The translations under genes and the position numbers were made by a program. Positions 24,050 to 36,428 of a stretch of 64,000 nucleotides of DNA are shown one piece after another. The notes under the pieces were generated by a model that saw only the letters and a list, made by a program, of their open reading frames with translations, searched no databases and had not been told where the DNA came from. Source of the DNA: Octopus bimaculoides (taxonomy: Eukaryota); contig NC_068988.1 of assembly GCF_001194135.2 (NCBI RefSeq), positions 28,477,387 through 28,541,386 of the forward strand, written 5' to 3'. Position 1 is the first letter of the stretch. Every line of letters begins with the position of its first letter.

Positions 24050-24108
24050 GACTTGTGGAAGATATTTGGTTTCTACATCAATTCCAAAAATGAAGATGAA
24101 AGGAACAT
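24050..24108 (+). CDS. RNPC3: RNPC3 exon 12 (DLWKIFGFYINSKNEDERNM)
   Basis: ctctttcag/gtaagt; matches DLKYIFGRY. Confidence 0.93.
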
Positions 24109-25017
24109 GTAAGTATTACTGAAATAATTGTCTAAAACTGAATCCTTAATTCTTAACATGTTCTCTCGCTCTAGTTTATTCTACTGAAATTAACAATGAG
24201 ACCAAATAGGTCAAGTATTAAACATAATCGTAAGAGTGTGGTTTCAATTCTTGGACCAGGCAGTCCATTGTAATTTTGAGTAGAACACTTCATTTCATGT
24301 TGCTCCAGTCCACTCGGCTGTAAATGAGAAATCTTGCAATAGCCAGGAGGTTAACCCTGTGATGGACTGGTGTCCTGTTCGGTGGGGAGGGTTGTAATCT
24401 CACTCGCTTATACAGCATCAAAAGAGAGGGGGGGGGGGAGATATGGTTTTAGTTTCAGCTTCTCTGCATGGCTCCTTGGGCAAGTGTCTTCTAGTATAGC
24501 CCTAGGCATTGTGATAGATTTGGTCGATAGAAACTGATATATATATGTTTATGTGTGTGTGTCTGTGTCTGTCTCCCACCACTGCTTGACAACTAGTGTT
24601 GGTGTGTTTACATCCCTCTAACTTAGCAGTTTAGCAAAAGAGACCAACAGAACAAGTACCAGGCTTTAAAGAAAAAAATAAGCACTGGAGTTGATTCATT
24701 CAACTAAAAGTTTGAGGCGGTACCCCAGTATGGCCACGGTCTAATGATTGAAACAAGTAAAACAAGAAGATAAAAAGATGTTGGTTGTTGAAATGAGAGA
24801 GGTGGAATGTAACCAGAAAGTCTTGGAGAGCAGAACCTATTATGGAGACAATAAAAGAGGCGAGAACTGAGATGTTATGTTTGAAAGAATTTAGTGAATG
24901 GTAAAAAAGAATCAAATGATTAGGATGGAATTTATCTTTGTGGATTGTCTGCTATGTACTCACTGAAACCTTAGATATTTCATTTGATCGCAAACTTTAC
25001 ATCTCAATTGATTTCAG

Positions 25018-25150
25018 GTTTTACATCAGACTCATGCAAGAAGGACGGATTCGAGGGCAGGCCTTTATTACTCTTCCAAATGAAAAAGTAGCCAAAGTAG
25101 CCTTGGAAGACACTAATGGCTTTGTTCTCTACAACAGACCTATGGTAGTA
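25018..25150 (+). CDS. RNPC3: RNPC3 exon 13 (FYIRLMQEGRIRGQAFITLPNEKVAKVALEDTNGFVLYNRPMVV)
   Basis: gatttcag acceptor; RLM.EGR..GQAF..LP motif of RRM2; ends at U12-type donor GTATCCTTTT. Confidence 0.97.
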
Positions 25151-26422
25151 GTATCCTTTTCATGATGATGATGATGATAATAATAATGACAATAATAATA
25201 ATAATAATAGACACATTAGAAATGATAAAAAAATATTCAGACAAATACATAACAAAAACACCAGGACATAGCACTACTAGGCATTGCACCCATCCTACGT
25301 AAAACACTTTCAATACAGTAAAAATAAGAGCACAACAAACCACAGCACATACCCAAGGCATACAGAGCTGTGCTCGGTAGTGAAGTGAAAGCATATGATA
25401 AAAATAAGGTTACTGAATAATACTAATAATAACAACTCTTATCATGGGTGGTCATGATGGGTATTATGGGCTTCATATATTTGTACCCCAGTGTCACTTT
25501 GATAGCATTTGCTGCTCTCTCAATAATAATTTTTAATGTCCACCTTTTCCATACTTTCATGGGTCTGACAGAATTTGTTGAAGCAGATTTTTCTGCAGCT
25601 GGATGCTCTTCCTGTTGCTAACCTATACTTGTCCCCAAACAAAATCTTTAGAGAAAATCTGCTTCAATAAATTCTGCAAGCATGAAAAAGTGGACGTTAA
25701 AAGGATGGAAATGAAGTATGATTGATAAAACAAGGTAAGTAGTAGTTTTTTTTCTGTGATTTTTTTTTTTTTTCTAAATTTTTTACTTCTAACAATTTTT
25801 TTAATATTCTCAGCTATGTCAGTAATTTTTTGTTTGATCTACAATATACTCTTAAATTAAGAAATACTGGTCTATTCTCATATCTACTGCATTTGATGGT
25901 ATAAAAACACACATGGGGATATTAGACACATTCTAATTTCAGCATATTTAGAGAGAAACAATTCTTAGTGCATTTAAACTAGCCATATCTGGCCTAAATA
26001 AACTACCTGTTTTACATTCAAGCTATCAAAATCTGACCTCTCACACCCACCCCGCAATGTCATTCTAAAAATATACAATTACTTCATCAAAATCTCAAAG
26101 CTTCAAAATAATGCATGATTCATTAAAAAAATAATGAGAATAAATACGTATTACATTTAGATAGAGTAATCTGTATGCTAAAGAATTAAAGCATGTAATA
26201 TAGGCCCAAATTAGCATATTGGACACTGGGTAATTTGTTTGAAACTTTAAAAAAAAAATAAGTATGTGTTATATGCCATAAAAAATGGTAAGCGTCATTT
26301 GATAATGAAGAGAGAAGGCATTGTCTGAGTTTGGTGTATTTTGGAAAGCAAAGCAAATTGACGTGATTTTTGATGCATTTAATTTCTTTTTCAATGTAAA
26401 ATAATCCTTAACTTATTTCCAG
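25151..26422 (+). other. U12-type (minor spliceosome) GT-AG intron of RNPC3, 1272 nt
   Basis: 5' splice site GTATCCTTTT at 25151; branch site TCCTTAAC at 26405-26412, 10 nt before the AG; no long polypyrimidine tract; in-frame join PMVV|QFARS. Confidence 0.95.
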
Positions 26423-26467
26423 CAATTTGCCAGGTCTGCAAAACAGAAAGAAGGGGAGAAAAAATAG
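26423..26467 (+). CDS. RNPC3: RNPC3 exon 14, last coding exon (QFARSAKQKEGEKK*)
   Basis: Matches QFARSARPK; preceded by U12 branch site TCCTTAAC and ttccag; TAG at 26465-26467. Confidence 0.95.
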   Translation, partial: QFARSAKQKEGEKK

Positions 26468-26811
26468 AAACTGTATTTTTATTACTTGAAAATAATTAAT
26501 TGTAAATAAAACATCAAATATTTTCTACTAATGTATTTAGTGCTGTTTTTCTTAAATACAATTCCATATTTCAGAAATTTACTGTATATTCAAGCATATG
26601 AGTTGAATTTTTCAGACTAAAATTTAGCAAAAAAACCGTAAGCCAAGGACCAAAACTTCTATGTGAAATGCAGCAGGATTTGGAAAGATTGTGACAATGT
26701 TTGAATGTTTATGTTACATACTACGTTGACTTAGATGCCCAAAAAGATGGTAAGTAGAAAGAAAGAAAATGAATCAATTTAATTATACTTAGAATATTAT
26801 CTAATGATATA

Positions 26812-27650
26812 CAGAGTGCGATGAATATATTGTCGTCTATGTTACGCAAAAATGAAAATAACACTGACATCTTATTTTAACAGATATGTTTACCAAAATT
26901 ACATAAAAATATCTTGAAATACTAAAGAGTAAATTTATTCAATAAAATCGCCATTGGCTTCAACCACAGCCTCCAGATGACTTTGGAATCTCCTGCAACT
27001 CTTCTGGATGGTCTCTTTAATTAAGTTGGTGAATGTTGCCATAATCCTTGCCTTCAGTTCATCTTTGGTGTTACTTAGAGTTTTGTTGGTCTCTTGTTCA
27101 ACTGCACCCCACACAGTTAGGTGTGATGTGGTCAAAAAAATTGTCTGACAGCCATGACTGGGTTCTTCTGCCTGTGCGGCATGGTGCAAGAGTCCTGTTA
27201 CCAGACACAGGTGCTTCCAGTAGCCACCCTCTTGACCCAGGGCAGCACTACCTCCTGCAGACACTTGATGTAGGCCTCTGTGTTGAGTCTGAGGCTGTGT
27301 GGGAAGATGAACGGAAGGATAACGCTGCTATCACTAGTAATTACTGCAGACACCATGATGTTGACTGGATGTTCGACTTTTATCACTCTCGGTACGTTTT
27401 GGGGACACAGCAAGCCAACAGTTGTTCTGTGGGTTCAGCATCTGTTTGTATTGGAACTTCTGTCGCGAATACCAAGCAGTATAACATGTTGTTTCCAAAT
27501 TTTTGGCTGAATGAATTGTGTCATGGTGCTCTTTTTCTCACAGATGGTGCCCAACTGATCCTACTATACTGTGTAGCTGACAAAATCAAAAACAAACAAT
27601 GTGCAAAATTAAAAATTATAAAATGGTGACAATTTACCCATCGCACCCTG
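26812..27650 (-). mobile_element. Internally deleted Tc1/mariner element (possibly maT/DD37D-like), 839 bp
   Basis: Terminal inverted repeats cagagtgcgatgaatatattgtc / gacaatttacccatcgcaccctg with TA on both flanks; frameshifted transposase C-terminus (HPVNIMVSAVITSD..., VWGAVEQETNKT...KDELKARI...RFQSHLEAVVEANGDFIE). Confidence 0.88.
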
Positions 27651-27859
27651 TATATCTTTTTTTTTTCTTTTATATGTTTGTCATTTGACTGCGACCATGC
27701 TGGAGCACTACCTTTAGTCAAACAAATTGACCTCAGAACTTATTCTTTGTAAGCCTTGTACTTATTCAATCAGTCTCTTTTGCCAAATCGCTAAGTTACA
27801 GGGATGTAAACACACCAGCATCAGTTGTCAAGCGATGGTGGGGGGGGGGACAAACACAG

Positions 27860-27891
<32 letters not shown>

Positions 27892-29101
27892 GACGGGGCT
27901 TCTTTCAGTTTCCATCTCCCAAATCCACTCACAAGGCTTTGGTCGGCCCGAGGCTATAGTAGAAGACACTTGCCCAAGGTGCCACACAGTGGGACTGAAC
28001 CCGGAACCATGTGGTTGGTAAGCAAGCTACTTGCCACACAGCCACTCCTGCGCCTATAATTATAAAACAAGAACACATAACATTTTTTTTTCATTTCATT
28101 TTATTGAGCAATGGATGGATGATGTAGAGAAAAGGATTTTATGCATTGTGAAAGAAGAATCGAAGTGAGTAGTTTTAAACGATCTTAAATAAATAAGTTT
28201 TTAGAGAATGAAATTAACACAAAATGAGAAATTATAGTTGATATCTACATGGGTGTTCCTTAGTTGATGAAGGAAGTATTTATTTCAGAGAAACATTTAT
28301 GGAATTAGAATTACAAAAATATGCAAACAGAATACAGCATATACATATATATATACATATATATATATATTTATCAATTTAATGTGGCAGCAAGTTAGCT
28401 TGGAGCAGAGTTAAGGTGGGGGGTTTTCATATAATGTCTGTTAGTCAGACTAAAAATCATATAATTTATATAAATTAATTACTTTTAGTCATTAGGAACA
28501 GCTATTAATTAACTGAATTTATAATACCAATATGGCTGGTTTAAATAACTCCTCAAATCGTATGGATTGTTAGAATTTTCTTTGATTTTCTTTTCACAAA
28601 TGTTACAGACCAGGAAGACTACCATTATAAGTGGACAAAGGTTTGATAATAGCTGAGGTATATACTTTAGAAGACACAAGAACAAAAACAAAAAAAATCC
28701 CACAAGAGTAATGTCTTCTATGAAGTTAAATTCTGTCAAAATAGTAATAATTTTTTGTAAAACTTTTTTGGGGGAGGGTCTGAATATTTCAGAAATAATT
28801 GCCAACTGTTGATTAACAACAATATACACGAATGACTGGAAGAGAATTTATGTTAGTGTGAAAGAAGAACGGTCTTTCTCCACAAGATAGCAAGGTAGCA
28901 ACGTCAGCAAAAGCTGAAAGATTTAGCTATCAATTTTTACAAACAAAATTAAAATAGGCTGCTTTAGGTTCAATATGTGTGTATGTGCAAGTGTATATAT
29001 GTGTGTGTGTGTGTGTATTAGATGTCAACAACCTCTTTTCAGTTTAGTCAGTTTAAACACTGTATTAATTCAGATTTAGTATTCATCAGAATTGCTGCTT
29101 T

Positions 29102-29143
29102 TCAGCCTGGCATCTTTTCATGCTGTATTTGAAAATAACATGC
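29102..29143 (-). CDS. ALS2: Alsin last coding exon (ACYFQIQHEKMPG*)
   Basis: tttttcag acceptor; matches ACYYQIQREKLN; ends in TGA. Confidence 0.95.
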   Translation of the reverse strand, partial: ACYFQIQHEKMPG

Positions 29144-29227
29144 CTGAAAAAGCAATGTGAAAAAATAGTATCAGTATATTTAGGATAAAAACAAACAGAA
29201 ATCTGAAAAGGGCTTTACAATTCAATA

Positions 29228-29660
29228 TCATCATCATCGTTTAACATCCGCTTTCCATGCTAGCATGGGTTGGACGATTTGACTGAGGACTGGTGAACCG
29301 GATGGCTGCACCAGGCTCCAATCTGATTTGGCAGAGTTTCTACAGCTGGATGCCCTTCCTAACACCAACCACTCCGAGAGTGTAGTGGGTGCTTTTACGT
29401 GCCACCGGCACAAGGGCTAGTCTGGCAACGGCCATGCTCAAAATGGTGTTTTTTATGTGCCACCTGCACAGGAGCCAGTCCACTGGCAACGACCTTGCTT
29501 GAATGTTTTCCAACGTGCCACCACCAGTAAGGCAATGCTGGTAACGATCACACTCAAATAGTGCTATTTACGTGCCACTGGCACGGAAACTAGACAGCTG
29601 CTCTGGCAATGATCACGCTCGGATGGTGCTCCACTGGCGCAGGTGCCAGTCACCGAATAT
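29228..29660 (-). mobile_element. Family C retroposon ((GAT)n tail, core ggcgttaggaagggcatccagctgtagaaa)
   Basis: Near-identical copies at about 16665-16830(+), 21470-21690(-), 38585-38830(-), 47390-47585(+), 53590-53795(+), 58800-58960(-); older copies throughout; internal roughly 60-bp repeated units (gtgccggtggcacg...ttgccag). Confidence 0.85.
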
Positions 29661-30125
29661 GGTTCAATTACGATTTCGATATGCTATCATTTGTAGCTTT
29701 CTCTACTTCAAGTTAAAAATGAATTATTACATCTCTTGAAATTTCCAAATTCTTATGACATAAATAACCTGCAATTCTCACTGGTAAAAACAAAACATAT
29801 AAAATGAATAAATAAATTCGAATGAATGCTTTGGTTCAATGGTAGAACATCTGTCTTTTTCACAGATGTGGGTTCAAGTCCCATGGATAACCTGCGACTC
29901 TTTCTATGCTATGTGTTTTTTAACCCAATATTTACATGCTATTTATTTATAGCTTTATCTGCTTCAAGTTCTACAGTTAGAAAGTAGTTGCTTCATTTTT
30001 TCATTATTGTAGATATTTGTATTTCTGTAATTAGTTAAAACAAACATAGTTTACTAATAAAACCTTCAGTGAACTAATGAATATACAGCTTACTAACAAA
30101 GCTACACATTGGAAAGGTGTGTTAC

Positions 30126-30308
30126 CTTGAGTGTTGTAAACATGATACCCAATTCTCCATATTCCAAGTGTTGTTCCATCAAGTCATCAATCAAATGTAT
30201 CTCGGCCCCTAAATGTCGAATCTTGGATCTCACAACCACATATTGAAATATAGGAAATAGATCATCCATGCACCATATGTAGTCTTCATCAAGGGTAACT
30301 TGGACTGC
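30126..30308 (-). CDS. ALS2: Alsin exon, VPS9 ([61 protein letters not shown])
   Basis: atttgcag/gtaaca; MDDLFP...GIMFTTLK is near-identical to alsin. Confidence 0.97.
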
Positions 30309-31095
30309 CTGCAAATTTAGAAGAGAAACACATCATAGGAATGGTACCAGAGAATAGAATAAATAGATGTGAAATAAATAAGGCACAATTGAGGTTTATT
30401 TCCTGTTCTAAAAGAATGTTATTCAATAATTGATTGTCTGTTCTTCTTTGTATTTCATGCCTCTTAGACATAAGGCTTCCACACTCTCCATGCAGCCCTG
30501 TCAGTCGTCATTATCATCATTTAACATCCATTTTCCATGCTGGTTTGACAGGAGATGGCCAGCCAGAGTGTTACCTAAGCTTCAGTCATCTGTTTTGGCA
30601 TGGTTTTTATGACTGGATGCTCTTCCTAACACCAACCACTCTACAGAGTGTACTGGGTGCTTTATGCATAGCATCAGCACATATAAAGTGGCTGTGGTTA
30701 ACACCTGGCTCCATGTTCTCCATCCACCAGCCTGTCTCTCTCTTTCTCAACAGTTCTTTCCCAGGAGTTCTTGGGTTTTCCATGCCTCCTCCTTCCTTCA
30801 AGGAAACAGATGAGGGTTGGCAACAGGAAGGGCACCTGGTCTTAAAAAATTTACCTCAACAAATTCCACTTGACCCATGCTTGCATGGAAAAATGGATGT
30901 TAACTGATGATGACAATGAGTTTTTGTAGATGGATGATGGTTACTTACCAGCAATATCAAAAAATCATGTCCAAAACAAAACATCCAAATAAAACCAAAT
31001 GTCCAAACCACAAACAATTTAATCATTGTCTTAAACCCAAGCACATAGTCTTTTTTTTTTCTATTTATCCAATAAGAGAAAACTGAATGAAAATA

Positions 31096-31331
31096 CAGTA
31101 ATCCCTCAACTATCGTGGGTGTTCGTTTCAAAACCCCCCTGCGATAGGTGAAAATCCACAAAGTAGAAACAGTACTGTACTGTATATTTTTATTATTATT
31201 TTCATAATTTGTATATATTCATTTTATTATAAATGCAAAACAACACCACAGAGGAATCGATGTAAGCTTAAATAATAAACCGCGATAGGTGAACCACAAT
31301 AGGTGAACCGCGATATGGCGAGGGATTACTG
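31096..31331. mobile_element. Tigger/pogo-like MITE, 236 bp
   Basis: Inverted ends cagtaatccctc...gagggattactg (12 nt perfect, about 23 nt imperfect) with TA on both flanks. Confidence 0.8.
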
Positions 31332-34300
31332 TAATGTAGATAGACAAACAGATGTAAGAAATATATAAATGTGTCTTTCAGACTGGACAAAGTTTAGTGC
31401 TTAATTAAATGTGATTTTGAGTTTGGAGTTTTTCCCTAATGGTTATGTAAGAAATTTAGAGTGAATATAAAAATTCATTTCACTATAGTCCAACCCATGC
31501 TAGCATGGAAAGTGGACGTTAAACGATGATGATGATTGTATTTACTTGTGTACAATTCATACCATTTTATATTTGATATTAACTGGAAAAACTGGGTTGT
31601 AACTTATACATGGGGCAAAGCTGATATGAAGTTTGAATACGAAAGGAAAAAAATTTGTACATGGGCACAAGCATAGCTGTGTGGTAAGACACTTGTTTCC
31701 CAATCACATGGTTCCAGGTTCAGTCCCACTGTATGGCACCTTGCATAGCTTCGGGCCAACCAAAGCCTTGCAAGTGGATTTGGTAGACAGAAACTGAAAG
31801 AAGGCGGTGAGCTGGCAGAAACGTTAGCACGCCGGGCGAAATGCTTAGCGGTATTTTGTCTGCCGTTACGTTCTGAGTTCAAATTCTGCTGAGGTCGACT
31901 TTGCCTTTCATCCTTTCAGGGTTGATAAATTAAGTACCAGTTACGCACTGGGGGTCGATGTAATCGACTTAATCCCTTTGCCTGTCCTTGTTTGTCCCCT
32001 TTATGTTCAGCCCCTTGTGGGCAATAAAGAAATAAGCATGCCCAGCATGCTAACAATTCTGCCAGTTCACCAACTTGATGATGATGATGGTGGTGGGCGG
32101 GGGTGGGTGATGATGATGATAAAACTCCTTAACCACACAGCTGTACCTATGTCTAAATTAACACACAAATGCACAATAATCTTCCATTCATAGTCTTAAG
32201 TAAAAGCAGTCTAAAATACTACATCCCTAATGCCAAATAAAATTTCTGTCACGGTCTCTTATAAGCATGCACTCACTAACATCCAATGTTACCAATTATC
32301 ACAATATGCATTATCATTATCAACATTGTTTTAACATCCACTTTTCCATGCTTGCACTAATTGGATGGAATTTACCTAACAACAACAACAACAATCAAAT
32401 ATTCTAGTAAACCTTCCTTAATTCTACGACAGTTCTAACATCAAGTAAAAATAGCACATAGGAGGGAGGTGGTTCTATGTACTAGTCAACCTGCTAGAAA
32501 TAGCAGTGAAATCTCTCTGGATATACTATACATTAAACAACCTACATCGTGGATGGATTCAGTCAGAGGGCCAGCCTAGGGCTAAATAACAACAACATAA
32601 TAGGAATGCATCAAATATTTCTTCAAACAAAGATTTAAAAAGAAGCACCTTAATGTCTGTAGTAGTTTTAGTTTTAAATCCAGGTGAAATGAAAAAATTT
32701 TTAAGTAAGACACATCAAACTGAACAAGTTAATTGAGTGACCAAAGCTAAAAGTGGGTAAATGGAAGCAGCACTAAAGAGTTAAAAGAAAGAATTTAAAG
32801 CATTTAGGAAGAATGTCAATAATGTAGTGCCAGCATGGAAAATAATTCCTGGAGACTCATGATATAGGAAGCAGCGATAACATACAGGATTTCGATACAG
32901 GGGTAAGGAGATTTATTAAGAAGTGACCAAAAGAGATTTTATTATTAACTGTTAGGTAATCCAAGCTAAACAAACGGATTTTGTGCAATCATCTATTGTA
33001 CATGTTCAGAGTAAAAGCAGCAGAACTAGGATTTGAACTCTGGTTACTTTTGCATCATAATTGGATGCAACTGTAGATATTCCTGTTAGTATAAATACTG
33101 ACTTTGTTAAATTGATTCAAAAGATTCATTGATAGAATAAATAGACATGATTAAATACTGCAAAATATAAAAGTACTTTTCTCTTATGGACAGCCATTTT
33201 CTTATTTACTAAAAGATTAGTAAATAAACTATTATGCCTTTAGCATTCAGATTACTCTGTCAAATGTAATGCTTATTTATTCACACTGTTTTGAATTAAT
33301 CAGGTATTATTTTGTAGCTTTGAGATTTTAGATGTTAAATGTTGATGATGATGATAGTATAATTTTAGAATGACATTGTAAGGTTGATGTGAAACTAACA
33401 AGTTTGGACATAAAACAAGTGGAATATTTGCATCATACTTGGTCGATTTCAATGCTAAAAGGTTACCCAATCACCCAATTCCTTGCCTTTTCCTTTTCCA
33501 CGAGGCAGTGGTAGCTATTCCAAAAGCCACCAAGCAACTATTACACCTGTCTCACAAATGCAAGAGTTCATTTACTACTCCTTTAATGAATAATAAAAAA
33601 AATTGGTTGTCGATAATAGTGTAGTACCACATAAAATGCTTTTCAGTAATTAGTATTATCTCTTTGAGTTCAAATCCTTTGAGAGTCAACTTTCACTTTC
33701 ATTCTTCCAGAGATGGAACAAGTTCCAGTCAGGTACTGGATTAATTCATTTGACCATACTCTCCACATCTTCCAAATGTGAGGCAGTCTGCCAAGGTTAC
33801 AAAACAAATTTTTATCAACCTTTTTATGTCTGCTTCTTCCATGCTAATATGGTTTAGATCAAACTTGTTGGCGTAGTATTCAATGGCTGAATACCCTTCC
33901 TGTTTGTCAATTCTTCCTTGTTTCCAAGTAAGGTACTTATTCTTAAAGTCTTTCACAAGATAAACTGCTCAGCAGCCAGACATGTTTTTATGCTATATGC
34001 AAACAATGACAAAGTGTAGTAAGTCCCACATTTGACAGTTTTGCAAAACTTTTGTGACTGAAAATATCGTACATGCATGGAGTTATGATTTTATGCACTC
34101 AACAAAGTATTATTGCTAAGCTGAAACTGTTGCTAATGTAAAAATAAATGGAATGGTGAAATTATTTCTTCCTTTTCTGAAAAAGCAACACTTTGGACTT
34201 ACGACACTTTCGCATAATTGCAATGAGTTGAACCTGCTTACTTAATGTCATTAATTCATTTAATAACTGACTCACAAAAAAAAACCTCACTTTAACTCTT

Positions 34301-34689
34301 TAGCATTTAAACTGGCCACATCCAGCTCAAATATGCTACCATGTTTTATGTTCAAACCAGCCAGATCCAGCCTCTCACACCTATCCTACAATGTCATTCT
34401 AAAAATAAACAATCACATCATCGGAATCTTAAAGCTACAAGATATTACAACCATCATCATCATCAGCAGCATCGTTTAACGTCTGCCTCCCATGCTGGCA
34501 TGGACTGGATGGTTTGACAGGAGTCAGCCTGGTAGAGACTACACAAGGCTACTGCGTCTGTTTTGGCATAGTTTTTACGTCTGGATGCCCTTCCTAACAC
34601 CAACAATGTGAATAAATACACATTACATTTAGCAGAGTAATCTGAACACCAAAGGGGTAGAGTATGTTATCTCGCCAACAGCAAACCTA

Positions 34690-35090
34690 TGTAGGAGAAA
34701 CTTGGAAAATGACTGCCAAGATCACTCAGTGATTCAATGTATTCCATCATTGATACTGACGCAGAATACTCAGAATCACAAACTCTGAAGTCCTGAGAAG
34801 AACCAATCTGTGCAGTTTGCAGGTCCAGGAGACTGAGGCGAAAAGAAGAGTGAGACTTGCAGGTCATGTTTTCTGATTGTCAGAAAATAATGGATCTCCA
34901 AGTCAGCTTATACAATGAATGCCACAAGAGGGAGACTCAAGGAGATATGGTGCACCACCTTCAAAGAAAATCTGAAGCAACTTGGCATCGTCTTGGAAGA
35001 TGCAGGAGACTATGCTCCAAACTGAGATGATTGGAGACATGTCTTGCTGCTTGGTGTGCTAGCCAACTGCATGGGACTAACTGTTAGACA
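34690..35090 (+). mobile_element. Old RTE-like LINE 3' remnant
   Basis: Reads RGRLKEIWCTTFKENLKQLGIVLEDAGDYA..DWR with stops, similar to the RTE C-terminal RGRP..TW...F..DL motif. Confidence 0.5.
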
Positions 35091-36364
35091 AAGACTAAAT
35101 ATCGAACCACACATGGTATAAACCATCAAAGATGCAAATGGAATTACGAAAGATTTTCACAATGTTTCTGAGCAAATAATTGATAAATATATAACAGGGC
35201 TTTATGACAGAAAATCTCTTGACAAGTTACAAGGGCTCAAAGAATTGGTTCTTAGCTCCAAACTTGGTAGTGTTAGTAATGTTATGTGGTTGCAAGCTAA
35301 ATGCTCTCTTTGGATAGGATAGTAGTGTACAACATGTAACGTTCCCAGATCCTGTACATACTTTCTGAAAATTTTAAGAACTAAGGTATGCAGAATACAG
35401 TGTTCTGCCCAGAGACGGTGTAAGACTTGCAACAGAAGAGATCAAAAGTTTAGAAATAATACATTTCTAAATCTCTCAGAGAGATTTATGCAGTAGTGAT
35501 ACGATGAAGTAGTTGTATGCTGTCAACTTAATGCGACAGTCCCCTGAAGGAAATAATACTACTGTTGGTCAGACCAGCAGTAATATTATTCTAACTAACA
35601 GTAGTATTATTCCCTTCAGGGGACTGTCACATTAAGTTGAAAGCATAACTACTTTAGATCAAAAGTTATTTTAACTTATAAACTGCCAGGGATATTTTAG
35701 AATAGTTTAGCTAAAAATAAAGGCTGCTCTCAGTCGATAATGAGATAGTAAAGAATGATTACACCTTATACTTAGACTCAGTTCACCTTATAACCACGAG
35801 CGATAGTTTCTAAAGATAATGGCAATTGCTAATTACTAACAAAATAATAATTAGGACCAATATACCAAATAGAACCAGTGTTCAAAACAGTTTCAGTGTT
35901 GCTGAATCAAGCAGTGGTACTTACCAAAACAGGATATACCTGCCGTCAAGAACAAGAGAAGGTAGACAGTTTAACATTAAAACAGTTATGGTAAAAAGAC
36001 AAAATGATAGGATGGGGAGAGACAACAACATGGCGTGATTTTGATATTCGAGCCAGAAGGAACCTGCAAATGGTGTTATGCTGAGCAACAGCCTCAGCAG
36101 AAAAGAATAATATTAGAGGACAACAGATTAAATCGTTTAGTAAAATTGGTTTAGGACAGGTACAGGTGACTTTTTAGGAGAAGCAGGCTGCATGAGATGT
36201 GGCTCGTCACCAGGCGAGCCGCACCACTAAAATATAAAAAAAAGCAAGGTAATTTTTTGTTAGATGTGATATTCAGAAAGTCCCAAAGGCTGCATGTGGC
36301 CTGCAGGCCGCAGTTTACCCATAACTGGTTTAGGATAATCTGAAGAAGATTAGTTCCAACTTAC

Positions 36365-36428
36365 CTTTGTAATTTCCAAGAAAGTTCTTTGTATCACGGC
36401 CAGCTTTTCACATGGACTGAATGCAGTG
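36365..36428 (-). CDS. ALS2: Alsin exon, VPS9 (TAFSPCEKLAVIQRTFLEITK)
   Basis: tcttacag/gtaagt; matches TTFTPSDKLKVIQQTFEEI. Confidence 0.95.

Noticed and set aside
26468-29100. Search for a USSE (tandem U12 5' splice-site motifs) downstream of RNPC3
   Set aside because: Only isolated partial hits (atatcttg near 26909; atatcttt near 27652 at the mariner end); no tandem pair.
29832-29885. Functional tRNA gene (TTT in a 7-nt loop)
   Set aside because: No acceptor stem, short T stem and variable region, and it lies in a dispersed repeat. Treated as a tRNA-like relic.
35160-35460. Possible transposase fragment (RCKTCNRR)
   Set aside because: Too short and stop-ridden to assign to any family from sequence alone.
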